From Candidatus Dormiibacterota bacterium (GTDB lineage: Bacteria; Chloroflexota; Dormibacteria; DASZGP01): a DNA stretch of 64,000 nucleotides. Each line of letters begins with the position of its first letter. Position 1 is the stretch's first letter. The DNA is taken from positions 929 through 64,928 of the forward strand of contig DAITAT010000002.1 in the NCBI GenBank assembly GCA_036824145.1. The letters run 5' to 3'. Shown here piece after piece: positions 1 to 8,538 of the stretch. The translations under genes and the position numbers were made by a program. Below the pieces are notes generated by a model. The model did not search any database. It worked only from the letters and a program-made list of their open reading frames with translations, and was not told where the DNA came from.

Positions 1-1418
1 GCGTGGTCCACGGTGACCACGATCACGAAGATGCCGTCCTGGCCGAGATGCTTGCGGTCACGCAGGATAACGCTGCCCACGTCACCGATGCCAAGTCCGT
101 CGACGAAGACGTAGCCGGCTTCGACGTTTCCGCCCCGCTCGAAAAGCTGCGGGCCGACGTTGATGATGGTGCCGTCGCCGGCCAGTATCACGTTGTCCTC
201 TGCGAGGCCGACGTCGTGCGCCAACATGCCGTGGTGGGCCAGGTGGCGATCCTCACCGTGGATCGGGACGAAGAACTTCGGCCGCACCAGGTTGAGCACG
301 GTTTTGAGGTCCCCCGCCGAGGCATGTCCCGAGACGTGGACTCGGTTGCGCGCCGAGTAGAAGACGTTGGCGCCATTGCGATAGAGGTTGTTGATGGTGC
401 GATGCACCAGCTCCTCGTTGCCTGGGATCGGCGTGGCCGAGAGGATGACGGTGTCGCCCTTGCGTAGCTGCACCAGCGGATGCTCACGGTTGGCGATTCG
501 GGACAGCGCCGACAATGGCTCGCCCTGGGCGCCGGTGCTGAGGACCACCACCTCGGCGTCGGGGTGCTTGTCCAGCTGCTTCACCGGGATGAGCGTGTCC
601 GGCGGCACCTGCAACAGCCCCAGCTCCTGGGCCAGGTGGATGTTGTTGGACATGCTCCGGCCGACCACCGCGACCTTTCGCCCGAACTGGGCCGCCACCT
701 CCATCGCCTGCTGCAAGCGATAGATATTGGAGGCGAAGGTGGTGATGATGATCCGGCCCTTGGCCTGGGGGAAGATGGTACGGAAGGCCTCCCCCACCAC
801 CTGCTCAGAGGGCGTGTGGCCGTCCATCTCGGCGTTGGTCGAGTCCGAAAGGAAGAGCAGGACCCCGTCCCGGCCGTACTCGCCCAGCCGCGACATGTCG
901 GTGGGGCGACCGTCGACCGGGGTCTGGTCCAGCTTGAAGTCGCCCGAGTGCAGGACGACGCCGACGGGCGTGGTGATCGCCAGCGCGGTGGCATCGGGAA
1001 TCGAGTGAGCGACGTGGATGTACTCGATGCTGAACGGTGGCAGGTTGACGACGTCCCCCGGTTTCACCTCGTGAAGGGTGGCGTTGGCCAGCAAGCGGTG
1101 TTCTTTGAGCTTGTTCTTGACCAGCCCCAGCGTCATCCGCGTTCCGTAGATGGGCACGTTGAGCCGGTTGATGACAAACGGCAGGGCCCCGATGTGGTCC
1201 TCGTGGCCGTGGGTGAGCAGGATCGCCTGGACCTGGGAGGCGCGCTCGACGAGGTAGGTGATGTCGGGGATCACCAGGTCGACGCCGAGCATGTCCTCCT
1301 TGGGGAACATCAAGCCGGCGTCGACGACGATGATCTTGCCGTCGTACTCGATGGCCATCATATTCAGGCCGATCTCGCCCAGCCCTCCCAGGGGGATGAC
1401 CTTCAGGAGTTGGGCCAT
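1..1418 (-). CDS. rnj: Ribonuclease J (metallo-beta-lactamase/beta-CASP RNase); C-terminal end lies beyond the left window edge
   Basis: Absent from the ORF track because no stop falls inside the window. Hand translation of the minus strand from ATG 1418..1416 (GGAGGTGAT directly upstream) gives MAQLLKVIPLGGLGEIGLNMMAIEYDGKIIVVDAG...AILLTHGHEDHIGALPF (HxHxDH motif)...HVSGHASAGDL. The frame stays open to position 1. Confidence 0.9.
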   Translation of the reverse strand, partial: MAQLLKVIPLGGLGEIGLNMMAIEYDGKIIVVDAGLMFPKEDMLGVDLVIPDITYLVERASQVQAILLTHGHEDHIGALPFVINRLNVPIYGTRMTLGLVKNKLKEHRLLANATLHEVKPGDVVNLPPFSIEYIHVAHSIPDATALAITTPVGVVLHSGDFKLDQTPVDGRPTDMSRLGEYGRDGVLLFLSDSTNAEMDGHTPSEQVVGEAFRTIFPQAKGRIIITTFASNIYRLQQAMEVAAQFGRKVAVVGRSMSNNIHLAQELGLLQVPPDTLIPVKQLDKHPDAEVVVLSTGAQGEPLSALSRIANREHPLVQLRKGDTVILSATPIPGNEELVHRTINNLYRNGANVFYSARNRVHVSGHASAGDLKTVLNLVRPKFFVPIHGEDRHLAHHGMLAHDVGLAEDNVILAGDGTIINVGPQLFERGGNVEAGYVFVDGLGIGDVGSVILRDRKHLGQDGIFVIVVTVDH

Positions 1419-1442
1419 ATCACCTCCGTAAGGGCGCCGGAT

Positions 1443-2063
1443 TCAGAACAACGACAGCTGCTCCTTCTGGTCCTCGGGCTCCGGCTCCGGGGCCTCGACC
1501 CGCCGAGACTCGATCATGTCAATGTAGCCGCGCACCTTCTGGAAATCGACTTTGAGGGTGTCGACGAGGAAGCTGTTGTAGAGGGCCGCGGCGGGGTGGT
1601 ACAGCGGTACGTAGGCACGGTCCCCCCGCTCCACCAGCTGGCCGTGGATCCGCGAGATGCCGTCCGAACCGGGCAGCAGCCGCTGCACCGCGTGTCGCCC
1701 CAGCAGCAGGATCACCGCCGGCCGGATCAGCTCCACCTGGCGATCGAGGTACGCCGAGCACGAGGTCACCTCCTGCGGCAGCGGGTCGCGGTTGGCCGGC
1801 GGCCGGCACTTGATGATGTTGGTGATGTAGACCTCGTCGCGGCTGATCCCAACAGACCCCAGCAGCCTGTTGAGCAGCTGGCCGGCCTGGCCCACGAAGG
1901 GCAACCCCTCCTGGTCCTCGTTCTTTCCCGGGGCCTCGCCCACGACCATGATCCGAGCGTGTGCGTCGCCCGCTCCAGGCACCGCCTTCGTGCGCGTACG
2001 GTGGAGGGCGCAGAGGGTGCACTCTCGGACCTCCTGGTGAAGGACCTGAAGCGCTTCGCTCAA
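1443..2063 (-). CDS. Uracil-DNA glycosylase, family 4
   Basis: 206-aa ORF. Family-4 UDG hallmarks are present: N-terminal Cys pair (ECTLCALHRTR), GEAPG motif (VVGEAPGKNEDQEGLPFVGQAG) and HPAA (PLYHPAAALY). Confidence 0.85.
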   Translation of the reverse strand: MSEALQVLHQEVRECTLCALHRTRTKAVPGAGDAHARIMVVGEAPGKNEDQEGLPFVGQAGQLLNRLLGSVGISRDEVYITNIIKCRPPANRDPLPQEVTSCSAYLDRQVELIRPAVILLLGRHAVQRLLPGSDGISRIHGQLVERGDRAYVPLYHPAAALYNSFLVDTLKVDFQKVRGYIDMIESRRVEAPEPEPEDQKEQLSLF

Positions 2064-2076
2064 GCCCGGCCGTCGA

Positions 2077-3006
2077 TCAGGCGGTCGTTGACGCGGGTTG
2101 GGGCAGCGTCAGCGCGAGGTCGCCAAGCTGCTCGACAATCGCCTGCAGCGACTGCACCTGGGCATCAGAAATCTCGCTCATGACGAGCGGCAGCCGGGTA
2201 TCTCCGACGTCAAGGCCGATGGCGCGAAAGAGGGCCTTGGTGGGAACCGGGCTGGCGGTGCAAAAGACCTCTTTGAAGATCGGCAGCAGACGGTATTGAA
2301 GCCGCACCGCCTCCTCGACCCTGCCGTCGACGTAGGCGGCGATCATTGCCCGGATGCCCTTGCCGGCGAAGTGTCCCGCGACGCTGACCACGCCGTATCC
2401 ACCAACCGACATCATCGGCAGCGTGAGGCTGTCCTCACCGGAGTAGATGCGGAAGCCCGAGTCGACCCCGGCGGCCTCGGTGGCGGACTGGGTCAGGTCG
2501 GTGCTGGCCTCCTTGAGGGCAACGATGTTGGAGACATGCGACAGCTCGATGGTGGTCTCGGCGGCCAGGTTGGCAACCGTGCGCGAGGGCACGTTGTAGA
2601 GCATCACGGGGACGTCGATGGCGCCCGCGATGGCTTTGAAGTGGGCGAGCAGCGACCTCTGGGGCGGCTTGTTGTAGTAGGGCACAACGGCCAGGACGCA
2701 GTCGGCCTCAAGCTTTTGGGCGTCACGCGCCAACTCGATCGAGGCCCGGGTGTCGTTGGTACCCGCGCCCATGACCACCACCGCCCTGGGGATCGCCCGG
2801 CGGACGGCACGGTAGAGCTCGAGCTTCTCGTCGTGCGAGAGGGTCGGCGATTCCCCGGTGGTGCCGCCGACGACGACGCCGTCGTTGCCGTTGTCGACCA
2901 ACACGTTGGCCAGCTCCTCAGCTCGCGCCAGGTCGAGGTCACCCTCCGGGTCGAAGGGGGTGACCATGGCTGTGAGGACACGGCCGAGATCAACCGGGGC
3001 GCTCAT
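2077..3006 (-). CDS. dapA: 4-hydroxy-tetrahydrodipicolinate synthase
   Basis: Start placed at the internal ATG 3006..3004 of track ORF 2077..3177; the extra 57 upstream codons run through the asd-dapA spacer into the 3' end of asd in another frame. MSAPVDLGRVLTAMVTPF...VVVGGTTGESPTLS...AVVPYYNKP is typical DapA. Confidence 0.9.
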   Translation of the reverse strand: MSAPVDLGRVLTAMVTPFDPEGDLDLARAEELANVLVDNGNDGVVVGGTTGESPTLSHDEKLELYRAVRRAIPRAVVVMGAGTNDTRASIELARDAQKLEADCVLAVVPYYNKPPQRSLLAHFKAIAGAIDVPVMLYNVPSRTVANLAAETTIELSHVSNIVALKEASTDLTQSATEAAGVDSGFRIYSGEDSLTLPMMSVGGYGVVSVAGHFAGKGIRAMIAAYVDGRVEEAVRLQYRLLPIFKEVFCTASPVPTKALFRAIGLDVGDTRLPLVMSEISDAQVQSLQAIVEQLGDLALTLPQPASTTA

Positions 3007-3014
3007 GGCTGCCG

Positions 3015-3020
3015 ATTCTA
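3015..3020 (-). promoter_or_regulatory. Candidate -10 box TAGAAT, 8 nt upstream of the dapA ATG (leaderless-type arrangement)
   Basis: Minus strand reads TAGAAT-CGGCAGCC-ATG in the 37-nt asd-dapA spacer. No Shine-Dalgarno is present. The TAGAATCGGC string is the same as upstream of dapB. Confidence 0.4.
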
Positions 3021-3043
3021 CTGCGCCGGCAAGGCGGAAAAGA

Positions 3044-4090
3044 TCAGCTGAAGAGCAGCTCGACGACCTGGACGGCGTTGGTGGCGGCGCCCTTGCGAAG
3101 GTTGTCGGCGGCCAGCCAGAGCGCGATCCCGCGTTCGTGCGAAAGATCGCGGCGGATCCTTCCGACGTACACGTCATCGGTGCCGGCGGCGCTCAGGGCC
3201 AGCGGATAGACCTGCGCTTTGGGATCGTCCTGGACTACGACACCCGGCGATCCCGCCAGCCGGTCTCGGACGTCCGAGGGGCGCAGGCTGGATTCGGTCT
3301 CGATCCAGACCGCCTCGCTGTGGCCCGTCTCGACCGGCACGCGCACGCTGGTACAGGCGATCGCCAGGGTGGGCAAGCCGAGGATCTTTCGCGTCTCGGC
3401 GACGATCTTCAGCTCCTCCTGGTTGTAGGCGAATGCCGCTTCGGCATCCTCATAGACCGGCGGCGCGTGGTCGGGCATGTCGGGGTCCATGACCCAGCCG
3501 CCCGGCACCACGTTCCCCTCGAGCACATGGGGATAGACGGTCAGCGGCGGCTCATTGCCCGCCGCCAGGGCGCGACGCTGGCCGCGCAGCTCGTCGACCA
3601 GCAGCCGGCCCGCGCCCGAAGCAGCCTGGTAGGTGTCGACCAACACCCGGCGCAGCGGCGACAGCGTCGAAACCGACTTGAGCACCATCGTCAGCGGGAT
3701 GGCGCAGCAGTTGGGGTTGGCGATGATGCCGTTGTGCTCGCCGGCCGCTCCCGGGTTGACCTCGGGCACCACCAGCGGCACCCCCGGCTCCAGCCTCCAG
3801 GCGGCGCTGTTGTCGATCGCAACCGCCCCGGCGGCTACGGCTGCCGGGGCCAGCTGCCGGCTGGGCTTGCTGCCGGCGGAGAAAAGGACGACGTCGAGGT
3901 CGGCGAAGGCGTCGGGTCCGGCTTCGACGACCTCGATCAGCCCGCCCCTGAAGGTCAGCCGGCTGCCTGCCGATCGCGGCGACGACATCGGCCGAAGCTC
4001 GTCGATGGCAAGGCCGCGCTCCTCGAGCACCCGCAGCATCGTCCGTCCCACCACCCCGGTGGCTCCAACCACGCCGACCCGGATGCCCAT
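3044..4090 (-). CDS. asd: Aspartate-semialdehyde dehydrogenase
   Basis: 348-aa ORF with Rossmann N-terminus MGIRVGVVGATGVVGR and active-site Cys context IIANPNCCAIPL. Its ATG overlaps the dapB stop by 1 nt (TGATG). Confidence 0.9.
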   Translation of the reverse strand: MGIRVGVVGATGVVGRTMLRVLEERGLAIDELRPMSSPRSAGSRLTFRGGLIEVVEAGPDAFADLDVVLFSAGSKPSRQLAPAAVAAGAVAIDNSAAWRLEPGVPLVVPEVNPGAAGEHNGIIANPNCCAIPLTMVLKSVSTLSPLRRVLVDTYQAASGAGRLLVDELRGQRRALAAGNEPPLTVYPHVLEGNVVPGGWVMDPDMPDHAPPVYEDAEAAFAYNQEELKIVAETRKILGLPTLAIACTSVRVPVETGHSEAVWIETESSLRPSDVRDRLAGSPGVVVQDDPKAQVYPLALSAAGTDDVYVGRIRRDLSHERGIALWLAADNLRKGAATNAVQVVELLFS

Positions 4091-4851
4091 CAGACGGACT
4101 CCCCCGCGGTCGACAGGCCGAGCACGTGGTCCAGTGATCGGTAGAACTTATGCTCCGCCACGACGGCGCGGATGGTCGCCAGGACCCCGGGCATGAAGGC
4201 CTCGCGACTGGTGGTGCGATGAGCAATCGACAGCGTCTGGCCCTGGGCGCCGAAGAGGATCTCCTGGTCGGCGACGAGGCCGGGCAAACGCAGGCTGTGA
4301 ACTCCGACGGAGCCCTCCTGGCCGCCGCGCGTGTTCTCCAGGGTGATCTTTTCGGGACGGGCGTAGGCGAAAGGCTCTTTGCGGGCCGCGGCGAGGCGAC
4401 GCGCGGTGGCCAGCGCCGTCCCGGAAGGGGCGTCGAGCTTGGTATCGGCATGGGCCTCGATGACCTCGACCGACTCGAAGTAAGGCGCTGCCGTCTCGGC
4501 CAGGCGCATCATCAGGACCGCGCCGATGGCGAAGTTCGGAATCACGGCGCCGCCGGTCTCCGAGCTCTGGGCGTGACGCGCGATCTCGTCGACCTGCTCC
4601 GCGCTCATGCCGGTCGTGCCCACGATCGGCGCGACGCCCGCGGCGAGGGCGACCTGGGCGTTGTCGAAGGCCCCGTCCGGGGTCGTGAAATCGACCATCA
4701 CCACGGCCCCAGGCAGGGCGCTGGCGAGGTCGTCGCCGAGGTCAACCTCGCCGGCCACGCGCATATCCGGCTGAGCCGCGACCGCCGCCGAGACGGTCCG
4801 CCCGACCTTTCCTTTGGCGCCACAGACGACGACTCCGATTTCGGCTGGCAT
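4090..4851 (-). CDS. dapB: 4-hydroxy-tetrahydrodipicolinate reductase
   Basis: 253-aa ORF with N-terminal GAKGKVGR nucleotide-binding loop and the EAHADTKLDAPSGTA motif. Confidence 0.9.
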   Translation of the reverse strand: MPAEIGVVVCGAKGKVGRTVSAAVAAQPDMRVAGEVDLGDDLASALPGAVVMVDFTTPDGAFDNAQVALAAGVAPIVGTTGMSAEQVDEIARHAQSSETGGAVIPNFAIGAVLMMRLAETAAPYFESVEVIEAHADTKLDAPSGTALATARRLAAARKEPFAYARPEKITLENTRGGQEGSVGVHSLRLPGLVADQEILFGAQGQTLSIAHRTTSREAFMPGVLATIRAVVAEHKFYRSLDHVLGLSTAGESV

Positions 4852-4857
4852 GCGCCG

Positions 4858-4863
4858 ATTCTA
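4858..4863 (-). promoter_or_regulatory. Candidate -10 box TAGAAT, 6 nt upstream of the dapB ATG (leaderless-type arrangement)
   Basis: Minus strand reads TAGAAT-CGGCGC-ATG with no SD between them. Confidence 0.45.
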
Positions 4864-4918
4864 CGGATCGCCGCGTACCGGGCCACCGGGTTGGTCACCT
4901 GGAGCTGACGAGACCGCC

Positions 4919-4948
4919 TAAATTGGGCCCATGGCGCACAGGCTATGA
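4919..4948 (+). promoter_or_regulatory. Candidate -10 box TAAATT plus a 5-codon leaderless mini-ORF (MAHRL) whose TGA overlaps the next ATG
   Basis: Plus strand reads TAAATT(4919..4924)-GGGCCC-ATG GCG CAC AGG CTA TGA (4931..4948). The TGA at 4946..4948 overlaps the ATG at 4945..4947 of the downstream ORF (ATGA). Confidence 0.35.
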
Positions 4949-5424
4949 GCGGCGCATCAGAGAAGGCAGCGGCATTCGAGGCGGCGGTGGCGGAGCTGGT
5001 TGAGTTCGTCAACGCCTGCTCGGAGGCGGATTGGCTGAAGGTCGTCCCGATCGAAAACCGCACCGTCGCTGTGATGGCCTATCACATCGCGGCCCAGATG
5101 CCGACCCTGGCGAGCTGGGTTACCGTGCAGGAAGAGGTGCCCGGGACCGTAGCCGAGCAGGACGAGGCCAACGCCAGGGAGGCGGAGGAAAGGGCAGCGG
5201 TCACGCGCGCGGAGGTCCTGGCCCTGATCCGAGTCAACACGCCCGCCGCCGTCGCCGCTATTCGCGCAGTCACCCCGGAGTGGATGAAGTCGACCGTAAG
5301 ATTTGGCCCCGCGGGCGGAGCAGAAATGAGCGTAGAGCGCCTTGTCGCGACGAGCGAGATCCATGTCAGCAAGCACCTCGCCGCTGTCCGGGTCGCCATA
5401 GGTGATCCCCGGGCTGAGGGCTAG
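4945..5424 (+). CDS. DinB/MDMPI-N-like four-helix-bundle superfamily protein (weak assignment)
   Basis: 159-aa ORF with G/C-ending codon usage like its neighbours. It is helical with His-containing segments (MAYHIAAQ, IHVSKHLAAV). The family call rests on pattern recognition only. Confidence 0.5.
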   Translation: MSGASEKAAAFEAAVAELVEFVNACSEADWLKVVPIENRTVAVMAYHIAAQMPTLASWVTVQEEVPGTVAEQDEANAREAEERAAVTRAEVLALIRVNTPAAVAAIRAVTPEWMKSTVRFGPAGGAEMSVERLVATSEIHVSKHLAAVRVAIGDPRAEG

Positions 5425-5439
5425 CTCCGGGCCCGGGTG

Positions 5440-5637
5440 TCAGCGACGGTCGGTGCCGCGCTTGAAATTCCCGGTGGCCCTGGCCAGCAACGCCTGCTGT
5501 TCATCCTCGTCGGCAGCGTCCAGCTTGTGCAGCAGCGCTGCCGCCGGTGCTCCACGCATGGTCTTCACCTCACGTCCCCGCCAGAAGATCATGATCGCGG
5601 CCCCAGCCCGACGATAGGTGAAGGTGTCCTCAGGCAT
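5440..5637 (-). CDS. Small conserved-looking hypothetical protein (65 aa)
   Basis: ORF MPEDTFTYRRAGAAIMIFWRGREVKTMRGAPAAALLHKL...QQALLARATGNFKRGTDRR. Codon usage matches the host. It lies 50 nt downstream of the pnp stop on the same strand. No function is recognised. Confidence 0.45.
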   Translation of the reverse strand: MPEDTFTYRRAGAAIMIFWRGREVKTMRGAPAAALLHKLDAADEDEQQALLARATGNFKRGTDRR

Positions 5638-5687
5638 CGAAGGAGCCCGAGGAGACGCTGCGCCTCGGGCTCACCGTTGGGATCCCC

Positions 5688-8048
5688 TTACTCCTGGGGT
5701 GGGCGCTGGTTGCCACGGAAGCGCGGCCGCTCGGGCTCGGCATCGGCTGGGGCGCTCACCCCACCGCCGTTGCCGGCGTCAAAGCCGCCACCGTAGCCAC
5801 CGTCGCGGGGGCTGTCATCGCGCGGACCACGGTCGCGCTCACGACCGCCGCCGCCTCCGGCAAGCGCCGGCTCTACACCCCCTTGGGGCCGCACCGGAGG
5901 CTTGGAGAACTTCTCGTCCGACTCGGACAGGCCCCACTTCTCGGCTTCCTTGAGGGCGTCCTTGCGGGAGAGATTGACGCGGCCCTGGCGATCGATCTCG
6001 TCGACTTTGACCAGGATCAAGTCGCCCTCCTTGACGAAGTCCTCGACGTTCTCCACCCGCCAGTCGGCGAGCTTGCTGACGTGGACCAGGCCGTCTTTCT
6101 TGGGCAGCACCGAGACAAAGGCGCCGAACGGCATCAGCCGCGCCACCTTGCCCAGGTAGACGCGCCCCACCTCGACGTCGTCGGTGAGCGACTTGATCCA
6201 GTCGATCGCCTTCTGTGTCGAGGCGGCGTCGCTGGAGGCGATGGCGATGCTGCCGTCGTCCTCGACGTCGATCGAGACCCCGGTCTCCTCGGTGATGGCG
6301 CGGATCATCTTGCCGCCTGGGCCGATGACGTCGCGGATGTTGTCGGGGTTGATCTTGATGGTGGTGATTCGCGGCGCGAACGCGCTCATCTCCTTGCGTG
6401 GCTCAGGCAGGGTCTCCGCCATCTTGCCGAGGATGTGCATCCGCCCGGCGTTGGCCTGGGCGAGCGCCTTGCGCATCACCTCCATCGAAAGCCCGGTGAC
6501 CTTGATGTCCATCTGCAGGGCGGTGATGCCATGAGCGGTGCCGGCAACCTTGAAGTCCATGTCGCCGAGAGCGTCCTCGACGCCCTGGATGTCAGAGAGG
6601 ATGGCGTACTCGGCACCCTCGGAAGCGTCGCCGTTGCGGGTGATCAGTCCCATGGCGATGCCGCTGACGGGGGCCTTGATGGGCACCCCGGCGTCCATCA
6701 AGGCCAGTGTCGATCCGCAGACCGACGCCATCGAGGTTGAGCCGTTAGAGCTCAGGATCTCGGTGACGACCCGGATCACATAGGGGTACTCCTTGGCGTC
6801 CGGGAGGACGTTGTAGAGAGCGCGCTCAGCGAGGGCACCGTGGCCGATCTCGCGACGGCCGGGGCTGCGCATCGGGCGCGCCTCACCAACGCTGTAGGGC
6901 GGGAAGTTGTAGTGGTGCATGTAGCGCTTGGATGTGTCGAGCCCGAGCGCGTCGATCTTCTGGGCATCGCCGCGGGAGCCCATGGTGACCACCGACAAAG
7001 CCTGGGTCTGCCCGCGAGTGAAGATCGCGGAGCCGTGGGTGCGGGGCAGGACCCCGACCTTGCTCCAAATCGGCCGGATCTCGTCCGACTTGCGCCCGTC
7101 AGGACGCATGTTCTTGTCGATGATGGCGTCACGGACGACCCGCTTGACGGTCTTCTCGAAGAAGCCGCCGATCTCGGCTTCGCGCTCAGGGTACTTCTCC
7201 GCGAGCGCCTCCTTGACCGAGTCTTTGATCTCCTCAAGCGCGTACTCTCGCGCCATCTTCTCGGGTGAGCCGATGGCATCGCCAACCTTGGCGGCGGCGA
7301 GCTCTTCGACAGCGGCCTTGAGCTCCTCATCGACCTCCGGAGGCGCGATCACGCGCTTCTCCCTGCCCAGCGCCCGAGCCAGCTCGGAGATGGTGGCGCA
7401 GATGCGCTTGATCTCGTCGTGAGCCATCTGCAGCGCCTTGACGACGGTCTCCTCGTCGACCTCCCTGGCACCGGCCTCGACCATGATGATCGCGTTCTCA
7501 GTACCGGCGACGATCAGGTCCAGCTTGGATTCAGGCAGCGCCGACACTGACGGGTTGACGACCAGCTCGCCTTCGATCAAGCCCACGCGGACGGCGCCGA
7601 CGGGCCCTTTCCAGGGAATGTCTGAGATCGAAAGCGCCGCCGAGGCGCCGTTGATGGCCATCGTGGCGGGGTCGGCCTCCTGGTCCACCGACAGCACCGT
7701 GGCTACCACCTGGACGTCGAGGCGAAGGTCTTTGTCGAACAGCGGCCGCAGTGGCCGGTCGATCAGCCGCGAGTTGAGGATTCCCTGCTCACCGGGGCGC
7801 CCCTCGCGGCGGAAGAAGCTGCCGGGGATGCGTCCCGCGGCGTAGATCTTCTCCTCGTAGTCGCAGGTCAGGGGCAGGAAGTCGATGCCGGGGCGGGGAT
7901 GCTTGGACATCGTCGCGGTAACCAGCAGCATGGTGTCGCCGCTCCGAACGAACAGCGCGCCGTTGGCCTGCTCGGCCACGTGGCCGGTCTCGAAGGTGAT
8001 GGAGCGATCGCCGATGCGATGCTCGATGATCTTGGGTTCAGGGGTCAT
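5688..8048 (-). CDS. pnp: Polyribonucleotide nucleotidyltransferase (PNPase) with a Gly/Arg/Asp-rich C-terminal tail
   Basis: Start placed at ATG 8048..8046 (AAGGAGACCA upstream) inside track ORF 5688..8135. It has two RNase PH domains, a KH domain and an S1 domain (VGRVYLGKVARLMPFGAFVSV). It follows rpsO as in many bacteria. Confidence 0.95.
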   Translation of the reverse strand: MTPEPKIIEHRIGDRSITFETGHVAEQANGALFVRSGDTMLLVTATMSKHPRPGIDFLPLTCDYEEKIYAAGRIPGSFFRREGRPGEQGILNSRLIDRPLRPLFDKDLRLDVQVVATVLSVDQEADPATMAINGASAALSISDIPWKGPVGAVRVGLIEGELVVNPSVSALPESKLDLIVAGTENAIIMVEAGAREVDEETVVKALQMAHDEIKRICATISELARALGREKRVIAPPEVDEELKAAVEELAAAKVGDAIGSPEKMAREYALEEIKDSVKEALAEKYPEREAEIGGFFEKTVKRVVRDAIIDKNMRPDGRKSDEIRPIWSKVGVLPRTHGSAIFTRGQTQALSVVTMGSRGDAQKIDALGLDTSKRYMHHYNFPPYSVGEARPMRSPGRREIGHGALAERALYNVLPDAKEYPYVIRVVTEILSSNGSTSMASVCGSTLALMDAGVPIKAPVSGIAMGLITRNGDASEGAEYAILSDIQGVEDALGDMDFKVAGTAHGITALQMDIKVTGLSMEVMRKALAQANAGRMHILGKMAETLPEPRKEMSAFAPRITTIKINPDNIRDVIGPGGKMIRAITEETGVSIDVEDDGSIAIASSDAASTQKAIDWIKSLTDDVEVGRVYLGKVARLMPFGAFVSVLPKKDGLVHVSKLADWRVENVEDFVKEGDLILVKVDEIDRQGRVNLSRKDALKEAEKWGLSESDEKFSKPPVRPQGGVEPALAGGGGGRERDRGPRDDSPRDGGYGGGFDAGNGGGVSAPADAEPERPRFRGNQRPPQE

Positions 8049-8071
8049 TGGTCTCCTTGCGAGACCGCCCC
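8041..8071 (-). promoter_or_regulatory. Hairpin in the pnp 5' leader that encloses the SD and AUG
   Basis: mRNA sense reads GGGG-C-GGUCUC-GCAAG-GAGACC-AAUGA-CCCC. It has a perfect 6-bp inner stem (8066..8061 with 8055..8050) and a 4-bp GGGG/CCCC outer stem. AAGGAGA sits in the loop plus 3' arm, and the AUG (8048..8046) sits in the internal loop. Confidence 0.4.
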
Positions 8072-8201
8072 GCGGCTGATTCGGGGGACAGGAACTGGGG
8101 GCAACGGCGCGGATTGAATACGCCGCTCTCGCCAATCTCTGGCACCCGGCACGGCCGGGGTGGGGACGGTCCCTATCTAGTTGTTGAAGCTCGGTTGCCG
8201 T

Positions 8202-8468
8202 CTAGCGGCGGAGGCCGAGCTGCTCAACGAGGGACCGGTAGCGGGAGATATCGCGACGCGCGAGGTAGTCCAGCAAACGACGGCGACGGCCGACCAACCG
8301 CAGCAGACCAAGACGCGTGTGATGGTCTTTGGGATGCTGCTTCAGGTGCTCGGTCAAATACCGAACGCGCTCTGTCATCAGGGCCACCTGGACCTCCGGC
8401 GAGCCGGTATCGGTCTCGTGGGTCCGGTGTTTCTCGATGACCTCAGACTTCTCTATGGCTAAAGACAT
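8202..8468 (-). CDS. rpsO: 30S ribosomal protein S15
   Basis: Start at the internal ATG 8468 of track ORF 8202..8651. The 88-aa product is [56 protein letters not shown]... Confidence 0.95.
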   Translation of the reverse strand: MSLAIEKSEVIEKHRTHETDTGSPEVQVALMTERVRYLTEHLKQHPKDHHTRLGLLRLVGRRRRLLDYLARRDISRYRSLVEQLGLRR

Positions 8469-8503
8469 GCTCTCTCTATCGTTCACTCTTTGAGTTCCCG
8501 CTG

Positions 8504-8509
8504 AGTATA
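8504..8509 (-). promoter_or_regulatory. Candidate -10 box TATACT upstream of rpsO (leadered transcript)
   Basis: Minus strand reads TATACT followed by 35 nt ending in the purine-rich GATAGAGAGAGC before the ATG. It is preceded by the 14-nt palindrome GCCCGAATTCGGGC (8523..8536), which starts 2 nt after the upstream stop. Confidence 0.3.
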
Positions 8510-8538
8510 CATGGCGTATTCGGCCCGAATTCGGGCGC

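Noticed and set aside
480-2183. A 567-aa plus-strand ORF overlapping rnj and the UDG gene
   Set aside because: It is antisense to RNase J (clear HxHxDH protein) and to UDG. It has the same compositional artefact and no motifs.
5413-5444. Palindromic sequence GCTGA...CCGGGCCCGG...TCAGC between the convergent DinB-like ORF and the 65-aa ORF, considered as a bidirectional terminator
   Set aside because: The perfect 10-nt palindrome can form only a 3-bp stem once a loop is allowed. The outer 5-bp arms are not contiguous with it, and there is no U-tract on either strand.
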